DNA from: Thraustochytrium aureum
Lineage: Eukaryota
Length of the DNA: 62,295 bases
Direction: 5' to 3'
Assembly: GCA_012862495.1 (NCBI GenBank)
Contig: BLSG01000240.1
Coordinates: 191,893-254,187, forward strand
Positions within the stretch are counted from its first letter, which is position 1; each line of letters opens with the position of its first letter. Under the pieces are notes generated by a model, which was given only the letters and a program-made list of their open reading frames with translations, had not been told where the DNA came from and made no database searches. The position numbers and the translations under genes are program-made. Of this stretch, positions 51,632 to 62,295 are shown one piece after another.

Positions 51632-52526
51632 TCAGTCGACGGAGTGCCCCCCGGCGTTTGACGTCCTGGCGCGGGGTTTGAACGAGAAGAGGCCAACTGA
51701 CTTTACGCGGAAAGCCCCGCCATAGAGAAGCCGACACCCTCGCATTGTCTGGCCGAAAAGGCCCGGCGCGCACCCAACCGGGAGGCACTTGGCGAAGTTT
51801 CGCTCGCAGTCGGCGCACCAGATCATCGCGTTCGCGCCTTCGCGCTGAAGGTCCGCTCTGCGCTTGTCGCAGCACGAGCGGCAGAACCGTGCCTGGCCGC
51901 AAATCGCGCATGGAGTGAGCTGCATTTTAAGCCGCTTACAACCATCGCAGTAGTTGCATTGCTCAAAGCATGACCTGCAGACCGGCTCAAGCGCCTTGAA
52001 GGCGATGCCCACCTTGTCGTCCACTGAACGCGTAAAGGTGTCCTTGTCCACGAGGCACTTGCGGCAGGCAAATGCATTGCAGTGGCTGCACTCGGCGCCG
52101 CGTTCAAAGTCAACCCGCCTGCAGCGGCACGTGTGCTCGCACGTGTGGCACTTTGCATGGCGGGCTGCGTGCTTGGCCTTTGCAACGAGCGGGAGGACGG
52201 CTTCGCCGCTGCGCTGACCGCTCAGCGCCGCGTGCCCAGCTTGCTTGCAATGTTCGCTGGAGCACGGGTGAAAGGCAAAGCCGACAATGCGGTTGATCAC
52301 CGACTCGGGCAGCGCCGTTGCCTCGTGCAGTGCCCTTTTGGCGACAGCAACAGCGGGCGCTATCCACCGTCGCCATTCGGTAGGCTTGGCCCATGTCCCA
52401 TTTGCCATCCTCACAGCCACGGCGCTGGACCTCTTCGCGTTTCCTTTCCCCGTCGCTCGTTTGGCAACGCTCGTCGCAGGCATCGCCGTGCGCGTCGCGC
52501 TTGACCTCGACATTCGCGTTGACATT
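51632..52526 (-). CDS. Hypothetical protein with many CxxC pairs (putative Zn-binding); start uncertain
   Basis: CHTC, CSHC, CRKC, CRSC, CDGC, CAIC, CRSC, CADC pairs following LPESVINRIVGF. Confidence 0.6.
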
Positions 52527-53106
52527 TCGACCCGTTCGGCACCAGCAAGACCTCGACTTCTTCCGTGGCCAAGAAGCGAACAAGACAGCCAACCCGCAGT
52601 CTCTGCTGCTTCGCATGTCAACCGCAGCGGCTTCGCAGGTCAGTTGCCGCGCCGCCTCAAGGACTGGTCACTGATGACACGATGACGGACTGTTTTCGAA
52701 GCGTAGCTCGATTGCCAATGCCGCTCGCTTGCTTGCTCGCAACCGTACCCCCCTCCTNNNNNNNNNNNNNNNNNNNNNNNNNNNNNNNNNNNNNNNNNNN
52801 NNNNNNNNNNNNNNNNNNNNNNNNNNNNNNNNNNNNNNNNNNNNNNNNNNNNNNNNNNNNNNNNNNNNNNNNNNNNNNNNNNNNNNNNNNNNNNNNNNNN
52901 NNNNNNNNNNNNNNNNNNNNNNNNNNNNNNNNNNNNNNNNNNNNNNNNNNNNNNNNNNNNNNNNNNNNNNNNNNNNNNNNNNNNNNNNNNNNNNNNNNNN
53001 NNNNNNNNNNNNNNNNNNNNNNNNNNNNNNNNNNNNNNNNNNNNNNNNNNNNNNNNNNNNNNNNNNTGCAGTTTAAAGTTCTTTGGCGGTGAGCGTTGGG
53101 GAGCGG

Positions 53107-54123
53107 CTATTTTGCGGCGGGCAGTGCGCCTGCGCCGCCCAGAGCCAGCCAGTCCCGCGGGTTTTTCAAAATGTCGAGCGCGCGAGCCTCCTCGCTGCCC
53201 TCAGGCACCTCATGGCAGTACTCCCAGCGAGCCGTGAGCGGGAGCGACATAAGGATGCTCTCGACGCGGCTGTTCTTGGGCTGCGCGAGACCAAACTTTG
53301 TCCCGCGATCATACATCAGGTTGAACTCGACATACCGGCCGCGGCGCACTTGTTGCCACTCCTTTTGCTCTTCGGTGAAGGGCAGATCCTTGCGGCGGCG
53401 CACGATGGCGCAGTAGGTTGGCGCAAACGTAGCGAGGCAGTCCTCCGCAAGGCGCGCGAGCGCTTGGCGGTCCGAGAGGCACGAGGGCGCCAGCGAAGGG
53501 CGCTCGGCGAGGTCGTCGTAAAAGATGCCGCCGATGCCGCGGCCCTCGCCGCGGTGGGGAATGTAAAAGTACTCGTCGCACCATGCCTTGAACCGCGCAT
53601 AGTAGGTCGGGTCGTGCTTGTCGCAGGCAGCCCGCAGCGCGCCATGAAATGCGACGCAGTCCTCGTCGAAAACGTAACTGGGCGTCAGGTCGGCGCCGCC
53701 GCCAAACCACCAGCACTCGCTGCCGTGCTCGTCCCGAACCACAAAGTACCTGTAGTTGAGGTGGACTGTGGGCGCCATCGGGTTTTTGGGGTGCATGACC
53801 AGGCTCAGGCCCGTGGCATAAAACTGCTGGTTCACGCCCTTGACGTTGTCGAGGCGCCCCATGGCCCGCATCGCTGTGACCGCTTGTGGGGAGAGGTCGC
53901 CGCGCACGACAGAGACGTTGACGCCCGCCTTTTCAAAGACGTTGCCGTCCTGCAAGACGCAAGAGCGACCGCCGCCGCAGTTGTTTTCGCGCTGCCACTC
54001 GTCTGACTTGAACGCGTTGCCATCAACTGCGGCGACGGCGTTGCAGATCTCGTCTTGCATGCGGAACAGCATGGCTTCAAAGTCGCCGCTCACGTCAACG
54101 ACGCCATCGCTTTGCTTGGACAT
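53107..54123 (-). CDS. hemF: Oxygen-dependent coproporphyrinogen III oxidase
   Basis: GGGRSCVLQDGNVFEKAGVNVS, SLVMHPKNPMAPTVHLNYRYF, WWFGGGADLTP, RGIGGIFYDD, QVRRGRYVEFNLMYDRGTKFGL, ESILMSLPL. Confidence 0.97.
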   Translation of the reverse strand: MSKQSDGVVDVSGDFEAMLFRMQDEICNAVAAVDGNAFKSDEWQRENNCGGGRSCVLQDGNVFEKAGVNVSVVRGDLSPQAVTAMRAMGRLDNVKGVNQQFYATGLSLVMHPKNPMAPTVHLNYRYFVVRDEHGSECWWFGGGADLTPSYVFDEDCVAFHGALRAACDKHDPTYYARFKAWCDEYFYIPHRGEGRGIGGIFYDDLAERPSLAPSCLSDRQALARLAEDCLATFAPTYCAIVRRRKDLPFTEEQKEWQQVRRGRYVEFNLMYDRGTKFGLAQPKNSRVESILMSLPLTARWEYCHEVPEGSEEARALDILKNPRDWLALGGAGALPAAK

Positions 54124-55288
54124 GTCCGCACTGTCATTTTGCCCGTCTAATAAGTAGTAGGTTCTGTGTTGCTTGCGCTGTTCGAAACGGGGAGGTCGCA
54201 GCTCTTGTGAGTTGGGTGACTGGCAGTAAGTGCCTGCCTGTGTACACATCCTCGGGTAGAGTACCCAGAGAGTAGGTAGGCTCACGGATGAGCGCGGCAG
54301 CACAGCTGAAGCGGAAACGCTTGTCGCGCGAAGGGCGGATGAACGTCCGTTCCTCTCGCTTCTCCCGTGCTCCAACAGAGCACCCTGAACTGGCGTTTTG
54401 AATTGCTCGATGCCAGGCCATTGCTGTCACAGCAGGGTACGCCCATTCTCGGGGAACGGCAGCAACACCAAGGAGACACGGCGCGCGCTCACTCTGCTGC
54501 AAAGGCGGTTTCACTGTGGCCAAGCAACTAGCAAGCAAGCCCAGGCCATTGATGTCAATGATGAGCCTGCGCAGTTCAGAAGGAATGCACTTGCAAGCTG
54601 GCAGGCACCATGCTGCGCAGCCAACAACAGACAAGACAACCGTGACGCCACTCTTCTTGATCAAGACGACCGCGTCCGAGGCGTTGAAGAAACAAGAGTG
54701 ACCGCTGGCAAGTCGGCTGCGCGACTGCACGGCATCATCCACCAGCAAAACGCCAAGGCCATCTTCAACTTGTCCAGGTGCGATTCCGCCGCGCCGGGCC
54801 TCGGCCCTGTTCCGCCACACGGCGTCCAAGTCGCACCTCAAACGGCGCCTCCCCACCGTCTCGCCGAAACATTCCGCGTGCACCTCCAAGCGCGCCGCAG
54901 CGCAGAACAGGCGCAAAGCGCGGACGCAGGCCGGCCGGCGCGGGGCGGCGGCTCCCTCCTTACTCGGCGGCGCGGCGGCATCAGCAAGGTGAGCCGCGGA
55001 CCGGCCGTTTGAGGGCGCCGCGAGGTGCACTGAGGCAGCGTGCTGCGTCGGCTTCATCAGGGGAAAAGAGANNNNNNNNNNNNNNNNNNNNNNNNNNNNN
55101 NNNNNNNNNNNNNNNNNNNNNNNNNNNNNNNNNNNNNNNNNNNNNNNNNNNNNNNNNNNNNNNNNNNNNNNNNNNNNNNNNNNNNNNNNNNNNNNNNNNN
55201 NNNNNNNNNNNNNNNNNNNNNNNNNNNNNNNNNNNNNNNNNNGAGAGGGCAAGAAAAGAAAAGAAACGAAGAGGAAGGACTCCGCCGT

Positions 55289-57040
55289 GGATGGATAGCG
55301 GGCGTGCAAGTAGGCGATGGCCGCGAATGCGACAGCGGCTCTTGCAGGCCTCGCAGAGCTACTTGCTTGGTTTGACGAGGCCTGACTCCAGCCTGAACTG
55401 CTTCATCGCCGCCGTCCGGCTGGGCAGAGCCCGATTGGAAGCGAGCGAGCGGGCCGCCGACCTGCACAGCGCTGCGAGGAGCGTGGGCGTCTGGGTGGCG
55501 AGCGACGAGGGAATGGGGCCCGCCAGCTGCGAGGACGGCGGCGAGGACAAGTACCGGAAGCGCGGCCGCGAGTTTGGGAAGAATGTGTACAAAGTGGTCG
55601 GCGGGCTTATGGTCCTCGCGCTGCTGTACACGATGGCGCCGTATCGCAACGCCTCGAGCACGGCGGTCTCGGTGACCAGCCACGTGACCACGGTGTCCCT
55701 AAACGCAGGCGAAGGCGAGGAGGAGATTCGGATCGAGGCGCGCGAAAAGGGCGACCCGGCGCGCCAAATGAGCCGGAAAGAGCTCGAGCGCGCAACGGGG
55801 CTCTCCGCCTCGTACCCGAAATACGAGGGCAGCGGCGAGTCTGACCCAAACGAGCTGGTCTCTGCCGAGGGACAGCGAGCCCGCAGACGACTCGAGTCTG
55901 GGCATGAATGAAGAGGAGATGGAGGCCTCAATGGGCGCGGAAGAAAACAGCTACGACGAGGTCTCGGACGGCGACCTGTTCGAGGACCAGGTCGCCTTTG
56001 ACAATGCGCCAACAATCAAGGTCCTGCCAGAGTCCAAGGTGCGCAAGTACAGCAAGATCGTGCTCTCCCACGAGCGGTACTACCGCTCGCACCCAAGCAA
56101 GCTGTACGTGCCGACGCTCAAGAAGGAGGCGCAGCTGAGCGTCGCAAAGTTTCGCAAGCTGTTCATGGAGCGCTCGCAGCCGGTCATCATCCCGTTCGAG
56201 GCGATGCGCCACCTCAACTTTACGACGAGGTCGGGTTGGACCCTGCAAGAGCTCAAGCAGCTGTACCCCAACTCGCAACCCAAGCTGTACAAGTACGGCG
56301 CCATAGTGCAAAAGGAAATCGACCTGGGCCCCGCTGTCGCGTCGCTCATGGAGAACAAAAAGCTCAAAAAGACGCAGGTCGGCAAGAGCTACCCTCGCAA
56401 CACCAAGTTTGTGCTCAAGTCGCTGACCCGTCTCAACATCCAGGAGCCGCCCTTCATTCCCTCGGACGTGCCGCGCATGCTCCCGTCGCTCTGGTTCGCC
56501 TCCACGTCAGAGGCGACCCCGCTGCACTCGGACTGCTGCGACAACTGGGCGATGATGGTGGCCGGCACCAAAAAGTGGTACCTTGCGCCGCCTACAGAGG
56601 CGCGCATCCTCAAACCCAACTGCAAGGGTGGGCTCTGCTGGGTCAAGCGCCTCGTGCACGCGGACCACCACGCCAAGACGAGCAGCGAGACGCGGCTGCG
56701 CGACAACACGCAAATCGTGGCCGTCGACCTCCCGGCCGGCCACGTGCTCTACCTGCCTGCAGGATGGTTCCACCACGTCGAGCAGGAGGAGCCCACTGTT
56801 ATGATCAACTTTTGGTCCAAGGGCGGGCCCGAGTTCCTCAAGTATTACGCGCGCTTGCAGAACGGCGGGGCTATGCCACGCAGCGCCGAGGATAGCGAGG
56901 AGAGCGAGGAGGACAGTACCCAGTCGGAAGGCGACGACATGGGCTCCGAGGGCAACGATATGGAGGATGAGTCGTACCCGGTGCGCACAAACGCCGCAGG
57001 CGGTATGGTTGGAGATACCGTCGTAGCGGGAACCTTGTGA
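55289..57040 (+). CDS. JmjC (cupin) 2OG-Fe(II) oxygenase with a predicted N-terminal transmembrane segment; probable frameshift near 55900
   Basis: TPLHSDCCDNWAMMVAGTKKWYLAPP and AGHVLYLPAGWFHHV give the HxD...H facial triad. The upstream overlapping ORF carries VVGGLMVLALLYTMA. Confidence 0.8.
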
Positions 57041-57172
57041 TTTGGTGGCTCGGGGCGCGAATACGTTTGGCGCCCGTTTTGGGAGGAGGTGAGGGCCCTC
57101 TCGCGGCCCAAACGTATACATGGCGCATCATCAACCAAAACCACGCAAAAACAAACAGCAGTCGAATTTTGC

Positions 57173-57665
57173 TTAGAAAAAGCTTGTCGAGCGCGTCCCG
57201 CCGCTCTTTGGGCCGAGCTTGCCTGCCTTGAGAGCGCGGTACTTTGCAATCGCGTCGCCACGGGCAGCTTGGTTCCCAGGAGCGACTTTAGCTGAGGCCC
57301 CGCTGGCGGCCCTGCCTGCGGATTTGGCAGCCGCGCCCTTGGACTGCTTGCTAGCCTTGAGGTCTTTGGCCGTCCCGGCTCCGGCTTGGGCCTTTTTGGC
57401 CTCGAGGCGCTTGCGCCACTCCATGTTCTTGTCCTTCTCGGTCTTCTCGCGCTTCGACCCGCGCAGCCCGGTGAACCCCTCTACGTGCTCCTCGAACAGC
57501 GCGGTGAACTGCTCGGCAAAGTCTGGCGCGTCCAGCGCAACCATCACACTGGGCCGCGCCAGGCTCACCTTTTCGTTGCGCGTCTGCACCTGCACGTAGT
57601 CGTGCCCTGTCTGTCTGGTGCGTGCCGCGCAGCAGAAGGAGGAGGTACCCACCGTCTCTTGATCC
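57173..57665 (-). CDS. Hypothetical protein, Lys/Ala-rich C-terminal fragment; 5' end in gap
   Basis: Protein-like reading YVQVQTRNEKVSLARPSVMVALDAPDFAEQF...KRLEAKKAQ to stop 57173. Confidence 0.55.
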
Positions 57666-58786
57666 NNNNNNNNNNNNNNNNNNNNNNNNNNNNNNNNNNN
57701 NNNNNNNNNNNNNNNNNNNNNNNNNNNNNNNNNNNNNNNNNNNNNNNNNNNNNNNNNNNNNNNNNNNNNNNNNNNNNNNNNNNNNNNNNNNNNNNNNNNN
57801 NNNNNNNNNNNNNNNNNNNNNNNNNNNNNNNNNNNNNNNNNNNNNNNNNNNNNNNNNNNNNNNNNNNNNNNNNNNNNNNNNNNNNNNNNNNNNNNNNNNN
57901 NNNNNNNNNNNNNNNNNNNNNNNNNNNNNNNNNNNNNNNNNNNNNNNNNNNNNNNNNNNNNNNNNNNNNNNNNNNNNNNNNNNNNNNNNNNNNNNNNNNN
58001 NNNNNNNNNNNNNNNNNNNNNNNNNNNNNNNNCGAAGCGGGTAGCGAGGCGGGCAGTGCGCGTGCAGAGGGCGGGGCCGGGGCCGAGGTCGGGCTGACGG
58101 CCGAGGAGGATAGGGTGTTGCCGAAGGCGTTGGCGCTCAAGGCTTGCGAGGAGCACGAGGTGCGGCTCAAGCTATGCTACCTGGACGGCCGGTCGTCCTC
58201 GTTTTTCAAGCCACCATGCATCGTAAGTGCGGCCAAAGCGGTCGGTTGGCCGGCTCGCAAGCGGCTTGCTGGGGTGGCGTTGGGCGGTGGCGGGCTCTGA
58301 CTTGTTTTGCTTCCCCCTTGCACGAGCAAGGACCTTGAGCGAGAGTTCTGGGAGTGCATGGACAAGAGAATGGGCCGCACAAAGCCAGACCTTGCATTCA
58401 TTCGCTCCCTCGACGAAGCTGGAGTAGAGGGTCTGCAGCGGGTTCGAAAGAGCGTCAGCGAGTTGTTCGGGTCGCCAGGGAAGTGAGTTCGTTGTGCTGT
58501 GGGAAGAAAGAAACTGTCCGCGGCGAGTCTTTTATAAAAAGCAATCTCTTCGTCGTAGTAGGTCCGTGTTGTTACAGCGCATTTCTTTGTTGTTATTGTT
58601 GTTGTTGTTGTTTACAAGTTGGTAGGTTGATGGTGGCAGTAAGTGGTCAGTTGTTGGGCGCATTCAAGGCCCAGGCGGCCATGGCTGGCAGCGCACGGAG
58701 GTTGCGAGGTTCATCTTCCTGGCGGAGACGCCCCCAGCTGGCGGAGACGGCCTCCACGTGGAAATCGTTGCAAGCGAGTTGACGCC

Positions 58787-59380
58787 CTACGCCTCGCCGC
58801 GCGGCTCCGCCAAGCGCCCCCCCGTGCGTTGCACCTCCCATACGTGCGACGAGAGATTGGTGGGCGTGCGCCGAACGCCGGACTGCCGACGCGGCGAGAA
58901 GCGCATGCCTTTTCGCAACACGGAAAGCAGCGCGACAACGCCCACCATGGACACGAGGCCTACCATGGCAAACATGACAACCATGATGCCTTTGCTGTCG
59001 TCGGTGCTCGGCCGTTCGAGGCGATCCTCCACGCCGAGGCTGGAGACGACGCGCCGAGGCACATAGTAGACAAACCCTGTGCCGCTCGGTGCTTGGGCGC
59101 AGCCGGACTGCAGAGGCTTGCTGGTTCCGCCAACAAATGCGATGCACGTGTTGTCACTACTGCGGAACGCTGCGAGCTGGCACGCCCCGTATGCGCTGGA
59201 AGTGGTTCCCATGCGAGTGCAAAACCCTTTGCAGAGCTCCTCGTCAATCTTGTTCGTGACGGCGCTCTCTGTCCACCAATACTCGGGCACGTCACCGCCG
59301 ACAGGGCATTCAAACAATACGTCCCAATCGTCGTCGCCTTGGTCGCTCGAGTTGGGCGTGCCAGAGACGCCGCCAACCAT
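58787..59380 (-). CDS. Single-pass membrane protein with PAN/apple-like Cys module; probably 5'-incomplete
   Basis: EELCKGFC...CQLAAF.....C pattern, then hydrophobic GIMVVMFAMVGLVSMVGVVALLSVL followed by basic RKGMR. Confidence 0.55.
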   Translation of the reverse strand: MVGGVSGTPNSSDQGDDDWDVLFECPVGGDVPEYWWTESAVTNKIDEELCKGFCTRMGTTSSAYGACQLAAFRSSDNTCIAFVGGTSKPLQSGCAQAPSGTGFVYYVPRRVVSSLGVEDRLERPSTDDSKGIMVVMFAMVGLVSMVGVVALLSVLRKGMRFSPRRQSGVRRTPTNLSSHVWEVQRTGGRLAEPRGEA

Positions 59381-59450
59381 CGTGTTCGCTGCGCGAGGCC
59401 ACGAGCGCCTCTGGGTCGCCCGGCCACTATCTCAAAGCGGCGCGCCTTGC

Positions 59451-59544
59451 GTCCTTGTCTGGAAGCCGCAGTTCCTTGCAGGCTCGACGCGCCTCGTGTC
59501 CTTGCCTTGCAGCCGCAGTTCCTTGCCGGCTCGACGCTCCAGCA
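59451..59544 (+). repeat. Tandem duplication with 47-bp period (2 copies)
   Basis: gtccttg.ct.g.agccgcagttccttgc.ggctcgacgc at 59451 and 59498. Confidence 0.85.
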
Positions 59545-60491
59545 CCTGAGCGCTGCCGTTCTTGCTTCTGCGGATGTGGCTCCTGCTCGGTCTGTTTCGA
59601 GTCTGCAGCGTTCCGGGCGCCACGTCAAATGCGTTGACCAGAACTGCAAACCGCGCTCGGGAATGTCTCGTGAACAGTGCGGGCGGGCACCGTGCAGCCT
59701 GTGCGCCGCGTCCTCATCTCGGCGCCGCCAGATTTTCCGATCGACCAGCACGGGCTGGTGCGCGGCGACTCGGTGGAACATGCCAAGGGTTGCTCCACTC
59801 GCGAGCCGCCCGTCGCGTTCCAGGAGCAGGCGGGACCGCACAGCATGTGGGTTGAACTGGGGCATGAGAACATCGCGCTGCCCTCCCTTTTCCACAAGAG
59901 ACCTCGCGACCGCAGTTTATCCGAGATCTCGTGCGCGCTAGGGAGGCCTTGGGGGCCCGTTCCAAGGCCTCTCGCCCTCCTCCTCAGNNNNNNNNNNNNN
60001 NNNNNNNNNNNNNNNNNNNNNNNNNNNNNNNNNNNNNNNNNNNNNNNNNNNNNNNNNNNNNNNNNNNNNNNNNNNNNNNNNNNNNNNNNNNNNNNNNNNN
60101 NNNNNNNNNNNNNNNNNNNNNNNNNNNNNNNNNNNNNNNNNNNNNNNNNNNNNNNNNNNNNNNNNNNNNNNNNNNNNNNNNNNNNNNNNNNNNNNNNNNN
60201 NNNNNNNNNNNNNNNNNNNNNNNNNNNNNNNNNNNNNNNNNNNNNNNNNNNNNNNNNNNNNNNNNNNNNNNNNNNNNNNNNNNNNNNNNNNNNNNNNNNN
60301 NNNNNNNNNNNNNNNNNNNNNNNNNNNNNNNNNNNNNNNNNNNNNNNNNNNNNNNNNNNNNNNNNNNNNNNNNNNNNNNNNNNNNNNNNNNNNNNNNNGC
60401 TCGACGAAGGGCTCCTTTGTTCTTGGGCGGTGAGCGAACAGAACGTAGCCAAGGCTGTTCAGCACTTGGCAGTCCATTCACCGCGCGCGTG

Positions 60492-62295
60492 ATGAAGGCC
60501 GCGGCGCTGGAGGAGCTGACCAAGCGGCAGGCCAAGACGCTCCTGCTCGAGCTGGGCAAGAGCACCGCGGGGTCCCGGACCGCCCTCGTTGAACGCCTGG
60601 TCCAGGCCGTGCCCGCCGCCAAGGGTTGGCGCGCGAGCGACGCTCTAGCGCCGAGCGACCATGCCGCACAGCCCTGCCTCGTTGACGCCGCCGGCGAGCC
60701 CGTCGACCTCGAGCCGCTCAAGCAAGAAGCGCTGGTCGTGGATGAACCCGAGCCGGTGAGGGTGGACCTAGCAGAGCGGTTTCCGGGCTGCCGGGTGGTC
60801 CAAGGAGAACATGCCGTCGCGCGCGGCCGGAAGGCGCTCACATCGACGCGCCGCCACTTGCGGAGGGCGCAGCCGCTGCAGAGCCGTCGGCGTGGCCAAG
60901 CGAGCAGCACAGGGCTATTGCCGCCCACATCGCTGACGCGGTTGACCTGCGCAGCTCGGTGGTGGCCGTGACCGGGCGATCTGGGAGCGGCAAGTCGGGT
61001 CTACTTGAAGCGCTGCGCGCGACGCTTGGCGCTGACTCTGCCGCCCGGTACGAGCCGACGTGGGACTCGAGCAAGGCCGTTGTTTCGCAGTTTGGGTCAC
61101 AAGAGGAGGCTGTGCAGTGGCTCATGGCCGTTGGTCTCACGTCCGTACCGTCCTGGTGCAAGCCGTACCACATCCTGTCGACTGGGGAACGGTGCCGCGC
61201 GCGCATTGCGCGGCTTTTGCAAGGCGCCGCTCGCACAACGAGCCCCGTTTTCCTGGACGGATTCACGGGTCAGCTAGACAGGACAACGGCTCGGGCATGC
61301 TGCGCAGCGCTGGCCAAGGAGGCGCGGCGCCGCAATCTCGGCTGTGTCGTATCNNNNNNNNNNNNNNNNNNNNNNNNNNNNNNNNNNNNNNNNNNNNNNN
61401 NNNNNNNNNNNNNNNNNNNNNNNNNNNNNNNNNNNNNNNNNNNNNNNNNNNNNNNNNNNNNNNNNNNNNNNNNNNNNNNNNNNNNNNNNNNNNNNNNNNN
61501 NNNNNNNNNNNNNNNNNNNNNNNNNNNNNNNNNNNNNNNNNNNNNNNNNNNNNNNNNNNNNNNNNNNNNNNNNNNNNNNNNNNGTCAGACGCTGCTGAGG
61601 ACGCGGGAAACGGGACAGTGCTCTGTGCGAATGTCGAGCTGGACCAGGCGACGCGCATGTGCGACAAGCTGTTCGACCGTGCATTCGCGGGGCAGTGCGT
61701 CTTGCGTGTGCCCGAGCTGAGCCTGGGCGACCTCTTCAGCGAGTTTACCATTGGAGGATCACTGGCGTGTCGGGGTCGGCCAAGAGCGTCGTTCTACGCG
61801 AGTACTTTGGGCACCCGTCCCAGGTTGAGTGGCGCGCGGATACCCCCGTCAGCGCGCACTTTGTGTCCCTTGAAGCTGCGGCTCAGTGCCTCGGCGTGGC
61901 TTGTCTCGATGTAGCCACGCACGGCGCGAGCGCGTACGGCGCGCTGAGCGAAGGCGAGCGCGAAAGGGCCTGCCTTGCCCGCCTTCTGGGCCACACCAAC
62001 GTCTGCGTGGACGAGTTTACGAGCAGCCTCGACCGCCCTCTGGCACGTAGGGTCGCGCGCCAGGTTGGTGCGCACTTGCGCGAGAGCTGCAACGGGCACA
62101 GGTTTGTCATGGTGACGTGCCACACGGATGTCGTCGATGAGCTAGCCCCAGACTGGGTGTTTGACACGCGGACTGGCTTGCGCCCGTGGACAGCACCGCA
62201 GCCAACCGGGCGCCTCGGCGAGTCCATTGCGACGGGCGCATCTGACGTGGTTGTGGCGCCGGGCAAGTCTGAGCCAGGGCAGGGCGAGATCGACG
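60492..62295 (+). CDS. SAP domain plus two tandem soluble ABC-ATPase domains (phage/bacterial Mom-GNAT-associated type); 3'-truncated by the window edge, frameshifts near 60830 and 61757
   Basis: SAP-like LEELTKRQAKTLLLELGKSTAGSRTALVERL. ABC1: VTGRSGSGKS, VGLTSVPSWCKPYHILSTGERCRARIAR, LDGFTGQLDR. ABC2 (own translation from 61758, absent from the ORF track): ITGVSGSAKS, ALSEGERERACLAR, VCVDEFTSSLDR, VTCHTDVVDELAPDWVFDT. Confidence 0.8.

Noticed and set aside
57173..57665. SRP14 assignment for the Lys-rich fragment
   Set aside because: Only compositional resemblance; diagnostic SRP14 motifs were not recognisable.
58033..58300. Plus-strand C-terminal gene fragment (…KACEEHEVRLKLCYLDG…)
   Set aside because: Plausibly coding, but too short and gap-truncated to support a call.
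60959..62295. Ordinary ABC transporter or ABCE/ABCF translation factor
   Set aside because: No transmembrane domains in the visible sequence, no Fe-S domain, LS(T/E)GE rather than LSGG signatures, and an N-terminal SAP-like motif.

Overview
GC-rich, gene-dense and apparently intron-poor eukaryotic genomic DNA from a draft scaffold with about 25 N-gaps and many single-base homopolymer indels. An axonemal dynein, eIF3c and a 3R-Myb show that it comes from a flagellated eukaryote. A stramenopile such as a thraustochytrid is a low-confidence guess from gene style only. Recognisable genes: a SelO-family AMPylase with an N-terminal signal peptide/EGF-like segment, an RNI-like LRR protein, eIF3c, galactokinase, a PH-domain protein, 3R-Myb, glycine decarboxylase P, a DNAH1-like dynein heavy chain, an acyl-CoA oxidase C-terminus, an ankyrin-TIR protein, an SLC13/TrkA-C transporter, HemF and a membrane-anchored JmjC protein. 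Running off the right edge is a SAP-domain protein with two phage-type ABC ATPase domains, of the family usually linked to Mom-like GNAT DNA-modifying domains. The three best leads are that SAP-ABC-ABC gene (candidate DNA-modification enzyme), the Cys-rich ankyrin-TIR locus with degenerate upstream repeats (candidate protist immune NADase), and the apparently secreted EGF-SelO fusion. No rRNA, tRNA, CRISPR array or clear transposon was seen. All family calls are motif recognition by eye; no searches were run.
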